A DNA stretch of 38,721 bases from Bryobacteraceae bacterium. GTDB taxonomy: Bacteria; Acidobacteriota; Terriglobia; Bryobacterales; Bryobacteraceae. The notes below the pieces were generated by a model that was not told the DNA's origin, did no database searches, and saw only the letters and a list, made by a program, of their open reading frames with translations. This document shows positions 8,174-17,600 of the stretch, piece by piece. Made by a program: the position numbers and the translations under genes. The stretch lies in contig DATDHK010000318.1 in NCBI GenBank assembly GCA_036521635.1, forward strand, positions 1-38,721, written 5' to 3'. The number at the start of each line of letters is the position of its first letter. The stretch's first letter is position 1.

Positions 8174-9736
8174 CTATTGGCGTTTTATCTCCAACGCGCG
8201 TTCCAGGTTCGTGCGGGCCGACTCGTATGCCGGATCGATCTTCACTGCCGCCTGAAAATGCTCGATCGCTTCATCCACCTTGCCCTGCGCCAGCAGTGCT
8301 TGTCCCCAACCGTTGTGCGAATTCGCCAAGTCCGGTTTCAGCTTCAGCGCCGTTTGAAATTCGCGAATGGCTTCGTCGGTGAGGCCGAGCTCCAGCAGCG
8401 ACCCTCCCAGATTGTTGTGCGACAGCTCGTAGTCGTCGGCCATTTGGATCGACTGCCGGAAGTGCGCGATCGCGCCGGCGCTGTCTCCGCGCGCGGAGTA
8501 CACCAGTCCCAAATTGTTATAGGCGATGAACGACGGCGCCACTGCGACGGCCTGCGTCCAAAGCGTCTCCGAGTTTCGCCACACGCGCACCTGCTTGAAG
8601 GTCAAAAAGCCCAGTCCGCAAATGACGACACCAGCGGCCAGCGCCACGGCGCGCTTCTGAAAAACAACCAGCATGCCCCCGCCGAGAATCGCCCATCCTA
8701 GGCACGCCAGGTAGCTGTATCGATCCGCGGTGATTTGCTGTCCGTTGTGAAAAATCCCCAGCACTGGAATCAACATCACCGCGTAGGCCAGCCACGCCGC
8801 CAGCACTGCCGGATATTTGCGGCGAAACATGAGCGCCCCTGCCGTAACTAAAACCACGACGATCATGCTGAGTTGGAAGGGCAGCGCCCTGGGATCGATC
8901 TTGTGCGGCGTCAAGGCGTAGAACGGAGCGAGGCTGAAAGGCAAGAGGGTCTTCCATAGGTAGAATGTCAACCCATACAGCGAAATCGCCAGCCGCGCGA
9001 ACCAATCCACGCGGACCATCGACGCGGTGATTCCCTCCAGCTTGCCAATGTAGAGCGCCAGCGCTCCATCGGCGAGGCTCAGCAAGAAGAACGGAATCTT
9101 CTCGAGCCATGCCGCGCGGTCCAGTCTTCGGAGTGGATATGCATCCAGGATCAACAAGACCACAGGCAGCGTGACCGCGATCTCTTTCGAGAGGAGAGCC
9201 AGAATGAAAAATCCAAAACAGGCCCAGTAATACTTGCGGCCGCGCAGATAAACCAAAATCGCCAGCAGAAAAAACATTCCGGAAACCACGTCGCGCCGCT
9301 CGGTGACCCATGCCACGGACTCCGCACGCAACGGATGCAAGGCAAACAGCAGTGCGGCGAATAGCGCGCCGACCGGAATGCGGGCTTGCATTTCCTTCGA
9401 GCGATCTCGCATAGCAAGCCGCAGTAACGCGAGCGACAGAAAATAGAAAAGCACTGCATTCACGGTGTGGAACAGAACGCTCGTCAGGTGATAACCCAAC
9501 GGGTTCATCTCCCAGATCGTGTAATCCAGTCCCAGCGTCATCCACGTGATGGGCACGTACCGGCCCAACAAGTGACTGCTCCACATCCATTCGATTTCCG
9601 TCCAGCCCAGCCCGCGATAATTGGGATTCAAAACGAAATTCCGCTCGTCGTCCCAGTTGACAAATTCGTTGCTTACCGCAGGCAGAAACAGAAGCAGCGT
9701 CAACAAAGCCACGATTGCCGGGAAGTGCCGAGACAT
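8174..9736 (-). CDS. GT-C-type (TMTC/PMT-like) membrane protein with C-terminal TPR repeats
   Basis: 520 aa with about 10 TM segments. The first loop contains [11 protein letters not shown] (acidic DD motif as in PMT/TMTC-type glycosyltransferases). The C-terminal 130 aa carry clear TPR repeats (AYNNLGLVY..., SHNNLGGSL..., SHNGWGQAL...). Confidence 0.6.
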   Translation of the reverse strand: MSRHFPAIVALLTLLLFLPAVSNEFVNWDDERNFVLNPNYRGLGWTEIEWMWSSHLLGRYVPITWMTLGLDYTIWEMNPLGYHLTSVLFHTVNAVLFYFLSLALLRLAMRDRSKEMQARIPVGALFAALLFALHPLRAESVAWVTERRDVVSGMFFLLAILVYLRGRKYYWACFGFFILALLSKEIAVTLPVVLLILDAYPLRRLDRAAWLEKIPFFLLSLADGALALYIGKLEGITASMVRVDWFARLAISLYGLTFYLWKTLLPFSLAPFYALTPHKIDPRALPFQLSMIVVVLVTAGALMFRRKYPAVLAAWLAYAVMLIPVLGIFHNGQQITADRYSYLACLGWAILGGGMLVVFQKRAVALAAGVVICGLGFLTFKQVRVWRNSETLWTQAVAVAPSFIAYNNLGLVYSARGDSAGAIAHFRQSIQMADDYELSHNNLGGSLLELGLTDEAIREFQTALKLKPDLANSHNGWGQALLAQGKVDEAIEHFQAAVKIDPAYESARTNLERALEIKRQ

Positions 9737-9793
9737 CGCAAGAGATTATCGCAGCAATACAAGCTTCGGCGCAGGTACGCTGGTAGTGGAGCT

Positions 9794-12043
9794 ATGTTTC
9801 CAATCCTCCAAAAACAGGCCGGCGCTATCGATCCAGTTTGTGGCATGACCGTCGATCCATCGCACGCCGCCGGAAAATCTTCGTACCAGGAAAAGGATTA
9901 CTACTTCTGCTCCAAGGGATGCCTGGCGAAGTTCGAATCCGATCCGGAAAAATATCTGCATCCCGCCGCTCAGCCCGAGCCCATGACCGCGCAACCGCAT
10001 TCCGCGGAATACACCTGCCCGATGCATCCCGAAGTCCGCAAGACCGGACCCGGCTCGTGCCCCAAGTGCGGCATGGCGCTCGAGCCTGCGACGGCGACGT
10101 TGTCCGCTCTAGACGAGGTGAATCCGGAATACGTGGACATGCGGCGCAGATTTTGGTTGAGTGTCTTTCCAACCGCGGCCCTGCTGATATTGATGTACGC
10201 AAACTTGCACCAGCCGTGGCTCGAATGGATACTCGCTACGCCCGTAGTTCTCTGGGCCGGCTGGCCGATTTTCCAACGCGGCTGGGATTCACTGGCTCGC
10301 CGCAGCTTAAATATGTTCACGCTGATCGCCACCGGTACCGGCACGGCATATCTATACAGCGTCGCCGGCACACTGACGCCGGCCATTTTTCCGGATTCGT
10401 TCCGCACGCATGGCGGCCAGGTGGCCGTCTACTTTGAGCCGGCCGCGGTCATCGTAACGTTGGTTTTGCTGGGCCAAGTTCTGGAATTGCGCGCGCGCGG
10501 GCAAACCAGCAGCGCCATCAGAGGGCTGCTCGGGTTGGCGCCCAAAAACGCGAGGCGCATTCGAGTGGACGGAACGGAAGAAGATGTTGCGCTCGATCAA
10601 CTACAAATCGGCGACCAGTTGCGCGTCCGGCCCGGCGAGCGAGTGCCGGTGGACGGCTCGGTAATCGAGGGGTCGAGTTCGGTGGATGAGTCGATGATCA
10701 CCGGCGAGCCCATGCCGGTTGAAAAAACCGCCGGCGGCAAAGTGACCGGAGGGACCGTGAACGGAACCGGCTCGTTCATTATGCGCGCCGAGCGAGTGGG
10801 CGAGAAAACTTTGCTCGCGCAGATCGTGAAGATGGTGAGCGAGGCGCAACGTTCGCGCGCGCCCATACAGCGGCTGGCGGACGTCGTCGCATCCTGGTTC
10901 GTGCCCGCCGTGATTGCGGCCGCAATTTTCACCTTCATCGCCTGGAGTGTTTGGGGACCGCCGCCGCGCATGGCCTATGGATTGGTGAACGCCGTGGCGG
11001 TATTGATCATCGCGTGTCCATGCGCGCTGGGCCTGGCGACTCCAATGTCGATCATGGTTGGAACCGGCCGGGCTGCAATGGCGGGCGTGCTGATCCGCAA
11101 TGCCGAGGCGCTCGAAGCCCTTCATAAAGTAGACACGCTGGTCATCGACAAGACCGGCACACTCACCATCGGAAAGCCGAAGCTTGTGACCGCCGGCGAT
11201 TTGGAAATTCTGCGGCTGGCGGCCAGCGTGGAGCGAATGAGCGAGCATCCGCTCGCGGCCGCTATCGTCCAAGGCGCGCTGGAACGCAACCTTTCGCTTT
11301 CCAAGGCCGGGAGTTTTCATTCCACGACAGGGCAGGGCGTTTCGGCAATGGTTGACGGACACACGGTGACCATCGGCCGCGCCGCTCAGCCGGATTTGCG
11401 CGAACGCGCCGAGGAGCTGATGCGCGACGGCCAGACCGTGGTCTACGTGAGCGTCGACGGCGCCGCCGCCGGATTGCTCGGCATCGCGGATCCGATTAAG
11501 CCATCGGCGAAGGATGCTATCGCCAGCCTGCAACGCGAAGGTCTGAGGATTGTGATGCTCTCGGGCGATAGTCGCGTGACTGCCCAGGTGGTTGCGGAAA
11601 AACTGGGCATCTCTGAAGTTCACGCCGAAGTTCTTCCTGACGGAAAGGCTCATGTCGTGTCCGATCTGCAATCCCAAGGAAGAAAGGTCGCCATGGCAGG
11701 CGACGGCATCAACGATGCACCCGCCCTGGCGAAAGCCACCGTGGGGATTGCCATGGGAACGGGCACGGACATCGCGATGCAAAGCGCCGCCATTACTCTG
11801 GTCAAAGGAGATTTGCGAGGCATCGTCCGCGCCCGCGCGCTCAGCCGCGCCACCATGCGGAACATTCGGCAGAACCTGTTCTTCGCTTTCTTCTACAACA
11901 CCATCGGAGTGCCGATCGCCGCCGGAATTCTGTATCCGTTTTTCGGCATCCTGCTTAGCCCGGTGATTGCCAGCGCCGCGATGACCCTAAGCTCCGTCTC
12001 GGTGATTGCGAATGCGCTGCGGCTGAGAAAGCTGGAACTGTGA
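9794..12043 (+). CDS. copA: Copper(I)-translocating P1B-type ATPase
   Basis: Trimmed to ATG 9794. CPC ([13 protein letters not shown]), [17 protein letters not shown] (FFYNTIG) and MTLSS motifs are present. The N-terminus has a TRASH/YHS-like CGMTVDP...YYFCSKGC and a second YTCPMHPEV...CPKCGM module instead of a GMTCxxC HMA domain. Confidence 0.9.
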   Translation: MFPILQKQAGAIDPVCGMTVDPSHAAGKSSYQEKDYYFCSKGCLAKFESDPEKYLHPAAQPEPMTAQPHSAEYTCPMHPEVRKTGPGSCPKCGMALEPATATLSALDEVNPEYVDMRRRFWLSVFPTAALLILMYANLHQPWLEWILATPVVLWAGWPIFQRGWDSLARRSLNMFTLIATGTGTAYLYSVAGTLTPAIFPDSFRTHGGQVAVYFEPAAVIVTLVLLGQVLELRARGQTSSAIRGLLGLAPKNARRIRVDGTEEDVALDQLQIGDQLRVRPGERVPVDGSVIEGSSSVDESMITGEPMPVEKTAGGKVTGGTVNGTGSFIMRAERVGEKTLLAQIVKMVSEAQRSRAPIQRLADVVASWFVPAVIAAAIFTFIAWSVWGPPPRMAYGLVNAVAVLIIACPCALGLATPMSIMVGTGRAAMAGVLIRNAEALEALHKVDTLVIDKTGTLTIGKPKLVTAGDLEILRLAASVERMSEHPLAAAIVQGALERNLSLSKAGSFHSTTGQGVSAMVDGHTVTIGRAAQPDLRERAEELMRDGQTVVYVSVDGAAAGLLGIADPIKPSAKDAIASLQREGLRIVMLSGDSRVTAQVVAEKLGISEVHAEVLPDGKAHVVSDLQSQGRKVAMAGDGINDAPALAKATVGIAMGTGTDIAMQSAAITLVKGDLRGIVRARALSRATMRNIRQNLFFAFFYNTIGVPIAAGILYPFFGILLSPVIASAAMTLSSVSVIANALRLRKLEL

Positions 12044-12882
12044 TCGATCTGCATACACATACCAACGAGTCGGATGGAAGTTATACTCCGGCGGAACTGA
12101 TCGATCACGCGGTCGCGCTGAAGCTCGAGGCGCTGGCGATTTCAGATCACGATACGTTCGCCGGCTACGACCAGGCGGTTCAACCCGCCGCGGATGCGGG
12201 GCTAGATCTGGTTTGCGCTATCGAACTCGGGGCGCGTACCAGCGGCACGCCGCGGCGCACGGTCCACTTGCTGGGCTATTTCCTGCATCAGCCTCCGTCG
12301 GCTGAGTTTCGCGGGTGGCTGGATGAACTGCTGACGAATCGCCGGGAGCGGAATTTGCGGCTGATCGATAAATTGCGATCGGTGGGCGTCGAAATCGAGT
12401 TGAGCGACGTGGAACGGATTGGGCGGACGCTGACAGGGCGGCCCCATTTCGCGCGCGTGCTGGTACATAAAGGATACGCTGCGAATACAGAGGAGGCGTT
12501 CCGCAGGTATCTCGGCGAATCGGCGGCGGCGTTCGTGGAGCGGCAGCAACCGGATGCGAACGTGGGAATCCGGCGGATTCTGGCGGGCGGAGGACTGCCG
12601 TTTTTGGCGCATCCGGGCCGGTTAGGAATCCGCGACCCGGGGATTGAGGAACATCTTATTTCGAGTCTGAAGGACGCTGGGTTGAAGGGAATTGAGGTTT
12701 ATCATTCGGACCACGGACCGGCCGATGTCGAGCGCTACAAGGAGCTGGCGAAGAAGTATGAACTGGCTGTGAGTGGAGGGTCGGACTTTCATGGGGAGGC
12801 CAAACCTAGGGTCGCGCTGGGTAGCGGAGTTGGCGGAAACGTCAATGTGCCGAAGTCGGTTCTGGAGAGGCTGAGGGAGTAA
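12040..12882 (+). CDS. PHP-domain phosphoesterase (TrpH/YciV-like)
   Basis: [13 protein letters not shown]...ISDHDT matches the PHP metal-binding motifs. The GTG start overlaps the copA TGA (GTGA at 12040-12043). Confidence 0.8.
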   Translation: MIDLHTHTNESDGSYTPAELIDHAVALKLEALAISDHDTFAGYDQAVQPAADAGLDLVCAIELGARTSGTPRRTVHLLGYFLHQPPSAEFRGWLDELLTNRRERNLRLIDKLRSVGVEIELSDVERIGRTLTGRPHFARVLVHKGYAANTEEAFRRYLGESAAAFVERQQPDANVGIRRILAGGGLPFLAHPGRLGIRDPGIEEHLISSLKDAGLKGIEVYHSDHGPADVERYKELAKKYELAVSGGSDFHGEAKPRVALGSGVGGNVNVPKSVLERLRE

Positions 12883-12883
12883 T

Positions 12884-12995
12884 TGTGGGGCAGGATGGCA
12901 TCCTGCGGCCGATTGGCAATCGGCCTGTTCCTGATTTGTCGAAAGCCTCGGAAGGCCGATTACCACTCGGCCGCAGGTTACCAACCTGCCCCACA
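12884..12995. repeat. REP-like composite palindrome (full element, 112 bp)
   Basis: tgtggggcaggatggcatcctgcggccgattggcaatcggcc ... ggccgattaccactcggccgcaggttaccaacctgccccaca. Starts 1 nt after the TAA at 12880-12882. Confidence 0.9.
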
Positions 12996-13015
12996 AGGAT
13001 AAGGCAGAAAACTTC

Positions 13016-13708
13016 TTAGTTCTTGCTAATCCGCTTGCGCAGCAAACCCAGGCCCAGCAAGCCGGATCCCAGCAACAGGAACGACAGCGGCTCGGGCGAT
13101 GAGAAAGTGTTGATCACTTGCGAAATGCTCGCGGTTCCGTTGGTCCCCGAATCCACGTGAATGTCCTTGGAGACTGAAACCGACGTCACGGGCGCGAAGA
13201 ACACCACGGCGTTGAACGACGGAGGTGGATTGGTGACGCTGATCGATCCACTGCTGCCGGCCGGGCAAGCGGCCAACACATGGTTCAGGCAGTAACTCTC
13301 AACCACCGACGACGTACCGGTGCCGGTGAAGCTGCCGTTGAAAAACAGGTGCAGATCGGTGATTGCAGCCGCGGCAACGGTAAATGTCACGACTGAATCT
13401 TGGAAACTGGCGACCCCGCCGGCCTGTGTGCCGACGTTCCATCCGCCCGCGAATTGAAACCCTTCGTTTCCGTCCTGGACTTGTGGCGTCACAGTGAGTC
13501 CCGATGCGGGGATGGCGATGCCCGCGGGATTGGCGGATGAAGCATAGCCGAAGGCTGAGAATGTTAAGTTACCAGACGTGCAAGTGAAGCCCGCTCCCAA
13601 ATACGACGTGTAACTTCCGATTGGGCAAGTGGTGCTGCTGGCGAAAGCCGACGTAGACAGCAGTATCACGCCCGCAAGAACAATGAAAAAAAGCGAAAAC
13701 CTTTTCAA
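13016..13708 (-). CDS. PEP-CTERM-anchored secreted protein (paralog 1)
   Basis: Signal peptide MKRFSLFFIVLAGVILLSTSAFA. C-terminal SSPEPLSFLLLGSGLLGLGLLRKR is a PEP motif + TM + basic tail. Confidence 0.85.
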   Translation of the reverse strand: MKRFSLFFIVLAGVILLSTSAFASSTTCPIGSYTSYLGAGFTCTSGNLTFSAFGYASSANPAGIAIPASGLTVTPQVQDGNEGFQFAGGWNVGTQAGGVASFQDSVVTFTVAAAAITDLHLFFNGSFTGTGTSSVVESYCLNHVLAACPAGSSGSISVTNPPPSFNAVVFFAPVTSVSVSKDIHVDSGTNGTASISQVINTFSSPEPLSFLLLGSGLLGLGLLRKRISKN

Positions 13709-13833
13709 GTGACCCTCCTCCGTTGAAAACCTAATGGGAATACCTTGCTGGCCTTTCCCTTATTACGACCTACGCTGAGCGTATCATTACCCCAGGCGGG
13801 ATTCCTACTGGAACTATTTGCAGGGAGGGCGCT

Positions 13834-13874
13834 AAAAAAAACAAAACGCGGAACGCATCGATCTGCGTCCCGCG
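13834..13874 (-). terminator. Rho-independent terminator after PEP-CTERM paralog 2
   Basis: On the minus strand: CGCGGGACGCA-gatcga-TGCGTTCCGCG (11-bp stem with one G-U pair) followed by TTTTGTTTTTTTT. Confidence 0.8.
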
Positions 13875-13903
13875 CTTCGGAGGAGTAACTGGAAGTAACT
13901 CTG

Positions 13904-14584
13904 TCAGCTCTTGTGGAGCCGCTTGCGAAGAAGTCCAAGACCGAGAAGACCCGAGCCGAGCAGTACGAACGACAACGGCTCCGGACTGGAGAACGTGTTG
14001 ATCACCTGTGAAATGCTCGCGGTTCCGTTGGTGCCCGAGGTCACGTTGATGTCTTTGGAGACCGAAACCGAAGTCACTGGAGCAAAGAAAACGACGGCGT
14101 TGAATGAGGGCGGTGGATTCGTAACCGAGATCTGACCGCTCTGGCCCGCCGGGCAACCCTGCAGCGTGTGGTTGAGGCAGTAGGTTTCCGCCACGCCACT
14201 CAAGCCGGTTCCAGTGAAGCTGCCGTTGAAAAACAGGTGAAGGTCCGTGATGAAGCCGGTGACGGTGAAACTGAGCAGCGAATCCTGGAAGCTGCTGACG
14301 CCGCCCGCTTGCGTTCCGACGTTCCATCCGCCGGCGAATTGGAACCCTTCGTCCCCAGTGGTGGTGATTGGGGTCACGGTGAGGCCCGATGCCGGAATCG
14401 CAATTCCAGCCGGGTTGGCGGTGGAGCTATATCCAAAGGCTGAAAACGTGAGATTGCCAGACGTGCAACTGAAGTTCGCTACGAGATACAACGTATAGGC
14501 ACCAGTCGGGCAGGTTGTAGCACTCCCAAAGGCCGTGCCGGCCAATATCATGCACCCCAAAATCAGAAACAAAACTTTTTTCAT
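13904..14584 (-). CDS. PEP-CTERM-anchored secreted protein (paralog 2)
   Basis: Trimmed to ATG 14584 with ggagga RBS. MKKVLFLILGCMILAGTAFG signal peptide. Roughly 70-75% identical by eye to paralog 1. C-terminal SSPEPLSFVLLGSGLLGLGLLRKR. Confidence 0.85.
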   Translation of the reverse strand: MKKVLFLILGCMILAGTAFGSATTCPTGAYTLYLVANFSCTSGNLTFSAFGYSSTANPAGIAIPASGLTVTPITTTGDEGFQFAGGWNVGTQAGGVSSFQDSLLSFTVTGFITDLHLFFNGSFTGTGLSGVAETYCLNHTLQGCPAGQSGQISVTNPPPSFNAVVFFAPVTSVSVSKDINVTSGTNGTASISQVINTFSSPEPLSFVLLGSGLLGLGLLRKRLHKS

Positions 14585-14865
14585 GTCTACTCTCCTCCGA
14601 AAATCTACCAAACCATCAAATGATAACCCTGCCGCATCCCTCCGCCGCAGACAATTCATGGCTGATGACTTGAGAACGAGTGTACCATCCAACGCGGTCA
14701 ATTTCAAGGACTTTGTTGCCCGTACTCAATAGATTTTTGTGGGGCAAAGTACTAGTACGGGACGGGTATCAGTTTTCCTATTTTCCAGCCCCGAGGACAG
14801 AATTCAGCGAGTACGGGCGGGAAGGGCGATGGTCGAGTCTAAGTGTATTTATTATCAATATTATA

Positions 14866-14879
14866 TGGTGATATCACCA
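14866..14879. promoter_or_regulatory. Perfect 14-bp palindrome (candidate operator) in AT-rich part of a 476-bp divergent intergenic region
   Basis: tggtgatatcacca read directly, next to ttattatcaatattatat. Lies between the starts at 14584(-) and 15061(+). Confidence 0.3.
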
Positions 14880-15060
14880 CCCGTCTGTTACGCACCTTAC
14901 TCCGGGGTACTTTTGGGAGGCAAATGCATTTCTCCCCTCGGACGCCGGTTTTCGTGCTGGCGGACCCCAATTGGGGGGTACTGGTCATCGTGTTTTTACA
15001 AAACGAACCCACGAAATCACCGGGCAACTTTCCCCGAGTTTTGTGGCACACTGTTTTGAC

Positions 15061-16023
15061 ATGGCGATTTGGCTTAGCGAAGCGGATGTGCGGGAGGTCC
15101 TGTCACTGCCGGATCTCATTGAGGCGATTGAGTCGGCTGTGGTGGCGTTTTCGGCGGGTAAGGCGGCTCAACCGGTCCGAGCGGTGCTGGAGGCGCCCGG
15201 CGGGGTCTTTGCCTCCATGCCCGCCTACCTGGGGTCGATACCGGCGATGGGCGCCAAATTAGTCACGGTTTTTCATGGGAATACGGGCCAAGGGCTGCCC
15301 ACTCATCTCGCCACAATCGTGCTGCTCGATCCTGCTACCGGCGGACTGCTGGCCACAATGGACGGCAGGTACATTACAGAGGTGCGGACGGCCGCCGCCT
15401 CGGCCGTCGCGGCGCGGCATCTGGCGCTTCCGGAGGCATCGGTTCTGGCCATAATAGGATCGGGAGTGCAAGCGCGAAGCCACCTGGAATTGCTGCCATT
15501 AGTCCGCAAATTCAACGACATACGCTGTTGGAGCCCAACCGCGGCCAATGCGCGGAAGCTGGCCTCGGAATTCGACCGGCTGCCGGTTCGAATTGTTGAA
15601 AGCGCGCGGGCGGCTGTGGAGGGCTCGGACGTCGTCGCGCTGGTCACCGCTTCCAACACGCCGGTTTTCCAGGATGCATGGGTAAAGCCGGGGGCCTGCG
15701 TAATTTCGGTGGGCGCCTGCCGGCCTATGCAGCGGGAGATGGACCCGGCGCTGGTGGCGCGGGCGGTGCTGGTGGTGGATTCGCGGGCCGCCGCGCTTAA
15801 AGAATCCGGCGACGTGGTGCAAGGTATTCGGGAAGGGCGGTTCGACGAGACGCATATCGCCGCCGAGCTGGGACAAGTGGCTGCGGATCCGAGACTGGGG
15901 CGCAGCAACCGGGAGCAGATTACAGTCTTCAAGTCGCTGGGCATGGCGGTGGAGGATGTGGCGGCCGCGGACTTGGCATACCGGCGCGCGATTCAGATAG
16001 GGAAAGGCGTCGAGCTTGGGTGA
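15061..16023 (+). CDS. Ornithine cyclodeaminase / mu-crystallin family protein
   Basis: Trimmed to ATG 15061. MAIWLSEADVREVL...DGRYITEVRTAAASAVAARHLA...AIIGSGVQARSHL (Rossmann GxGxQA) is typical of the OCD/mu-crystallin family. Confidence 0.8.
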   Translation: MAIWLSEADVREVLSLPDLIEAIESAVVAFSAGKAAQPVRAVLEAPGGVFASMPAYLGSIPAMGAKLVTVFHGNTGQGLPTHLATIVLLDPATGGLLATMDGRYITEVRTAAASAVAARHLALPEASVLAIIGSGVQARSHLELLPLVRKFNDIRCWSPTAANARKLASEFDRLPVRIVESARAAVEGSDVVALVTASNTPVFQDAWVKPGACVISVGACRPMQREMDPALVARAVLVVDSRAAALKESGDVVQGIREGRFDETHIAAELGQVAADPRLGRSNREQITVFKSLGMAVEDVAAADLAYRRAIQIGKGVELG

Positions 16024-17155
16024 TTCCTATGACGCGGCGGTCATCGGGGCGGGCGTTTTCGGAGCCTGGATAGCCTATCGCCTGCGGCGCTCGGGCAGAT
16101 CGGTTGCATTGCTGGACGCCTACGGACCGGCGAACAGCAGGGCCAGCTCCGGCGACGAATCGCGCATTCTGCGGATGGGCTACGCGGCCGAAGAGATTTA
16201 TACGCGCTGGGCCATGCGGTCGCGACAGCTTTGGATCGAGTTTTTCGAGAGTGTGGGCCAGCCCGAGCTCTTCGTGCCGACGGGCGCTTTGTGGACTCCA
16301 CCGCCCGGCGATCTGGGGATTGCGCAGACCATGGCGGCCTTTGAAAGATGCGGCGCGCCATTCGAGTTTCTCAAGCCCGCGGAGCTGCCGGCGCGCTTTC
16401 CGCAGTTCGCTTTCTCCTCGGAACGAATCGGGATTTTCGAACCGTGGGCCGGAGCGTTGTACGCGCGAAGGGCGGTGCGGGCGGTGGTGGAGGAAGCGGT
16501 CCGGAACGGCGTCGATTATTTTCGCGATGCGGCCGAGGCGCCCGATGGCGGGGAAGTGCGGACGAAGTCGGGCAATGTGGTGCGGGCGGGGGCGTTCGTT
16601 TATGCGTGCGGTCCCTGGCTGCCGCAAATCTTCCCGGAGATTTTGGAGGGGCGAATCCGTGTGACCCGGCAGGAAGTATTTTACTTCGGTCCGCCGGCCG
16701 GCAACCGGCAATTCGCGCCGCCGGCGATGCCGGCCTGGATCGATTTCAGCAGCGGACGCGGCGAATATGTTGTGCCGGATCTCGAGAACCGCGGCTTGAA
16801 GGTTGGATTCGACCGGCATGGTCCGGCGTTCGACCCGGACTTCGGCGAACGCATTGCGCGGTATGGGGCCGAAGTCCGAACCTTCGTGGCCGAGCGATTC
16901 CCGGCGCTGGCCGGCGCTCCGATTGTGGAATCGCGGGTCTGCCAATATGAAAACACCGGGAACGGCGATTTTCTGATCGACCGGCATCCGCAATTGGAGA
17001 ACGTGTGGCTGGCCGGCGGCGGGTCGGGGCACGGGTTCAAGCACGGTCCGATGGTGGGCGAATATGTGACGGGGCTGCTGGATGGCGCTGTCGAGGTAGA
17101 ACCCAGGTTTTCTTTGGATACCAAGTCGCGCGAACCGCGGCGCTCGGTGTATTGA
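16016..17155 (+). CDS. FAD-dependent oxidoreductase (DAO / sarcosine-oxidase-like)
   Basis: TTG start. [19 protein letters not shown] dinucleotide-binding motif and C-terminal [12 protein letters not shown]. Overlaps the OCD gene by 8 nt. Confidence 0.8.
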   Translation: MGDSYDAAVIGAGVFGAWIAYRLRRSGRSVALLDAYGPANSRASSGDESRILRMGYAAEEIYTRWAMRSRQLWIEFFESVGQPELFVPTGALWTPPPGDLGIAQTMAAFERCGAPFEFLKPAELPARFPQFAFSSERIGIFEPWAGALYARRAVRAVVEEAVRNGVDYFRDAAEAPDGGEVRTKSGNVVRAGAFVYACGPWLPQIFPEILEGRIRVTRQEVFYFGPPAGNRQFAPPAMPAWIDFSSGRGEYVVPDLENRGLKVGFDRHGPAFDPDFGERIARYGAEVRTFVAERFPALAGAPIVESRVCQYENTGNGDFLIDRHPQLENVWLAGGGSGHGFKHGPMVGEYVTGLLDGAVEVEPRFSLDTKSREPRRSVY

Positions 17156-17156
17156 C

Positions 17157-17361
17157 ATGCATTGGCTGCTCCCGGACCTGCGTTATGCGACGCGTATTCT
17201 GAGACGCAGCCCTGGATTCACGATTGTCGCGGTGCTGGTTCTGGCGCTGGCGATGGGCGCGACAACCGCGATTTTCAGCGTGCTGGACGCGGTGCTGCTG
17301 CGTCCGTTGCCCGATGCGGGCTGCCCGAGTGGATCCCAACATCGCGCTTCGTGAGGAATAG
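17157..17361 (+). pseudogene. Internally deleted ADOP/MacB-type (FtsX-like) permease remnant
   Basis: N-terminus [52 protein letters not shown] is the standard start of about 800-aa ADOP permeases. After about 55 codons the reading jumps, in another frame, to [10 protein letters not shown] (17329-17361), the standard C-terminus of the same family. Confidence 0.7.
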
Positions 17362-17364
17362 GAG

Positions 17365-17590
17365 TGAACCCCCAAACTTGGGAAGTATCCGCGCGCCTTT
17401 CGGCAGATGGCGGTGGAACGGATGAAGCACTGCGACAGCGTCCTGGAATTGGCCAGAGAGCTGGGCGTGCACCGGTCGGTACTGTACCGGTGGCGAAATC
17501 AGCTGGCGCCGCCGGATCGGGCTGAATGGAGGGAGGCGGCCTTGGCGGAGAAAACGCTGGAGATTGATTTTTCAAAGGCGCCTCCACGAT
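17365..17590 (+). mobile_element. IS3-family element remnant (left end plus truncated orfA)
   Basis: Begins TGAACCCCC (IS3-type TG end). Encodes ...YPRAFRQMAVERMKHCDSVLELARELGVHRSVLYRWRNQ (HTH of IS3 orfA), then skips to ...EKTLEIDFSKA (orfA C-terminal motif). No orfB is present. Confidence 0.6.
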
Positions 17591-17600
17591 TTGGAATACA

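Noticed and set aside
14738-14746. tgtggggca, resembling the head of the REP-like element.
   Set aside because: Only 9 nt, with neither hairpin following. At most a decayed copy, so not annotated as a feature.
15043-15059. Sigma-54-like TGGCAC-N5-TTTGA just upstream of the OCD gene.
   Set aside because: The -12 element lacks the conserved GC. The motif ends 1 nt before the ATG, leaving no room for a transcription start or an RBS.
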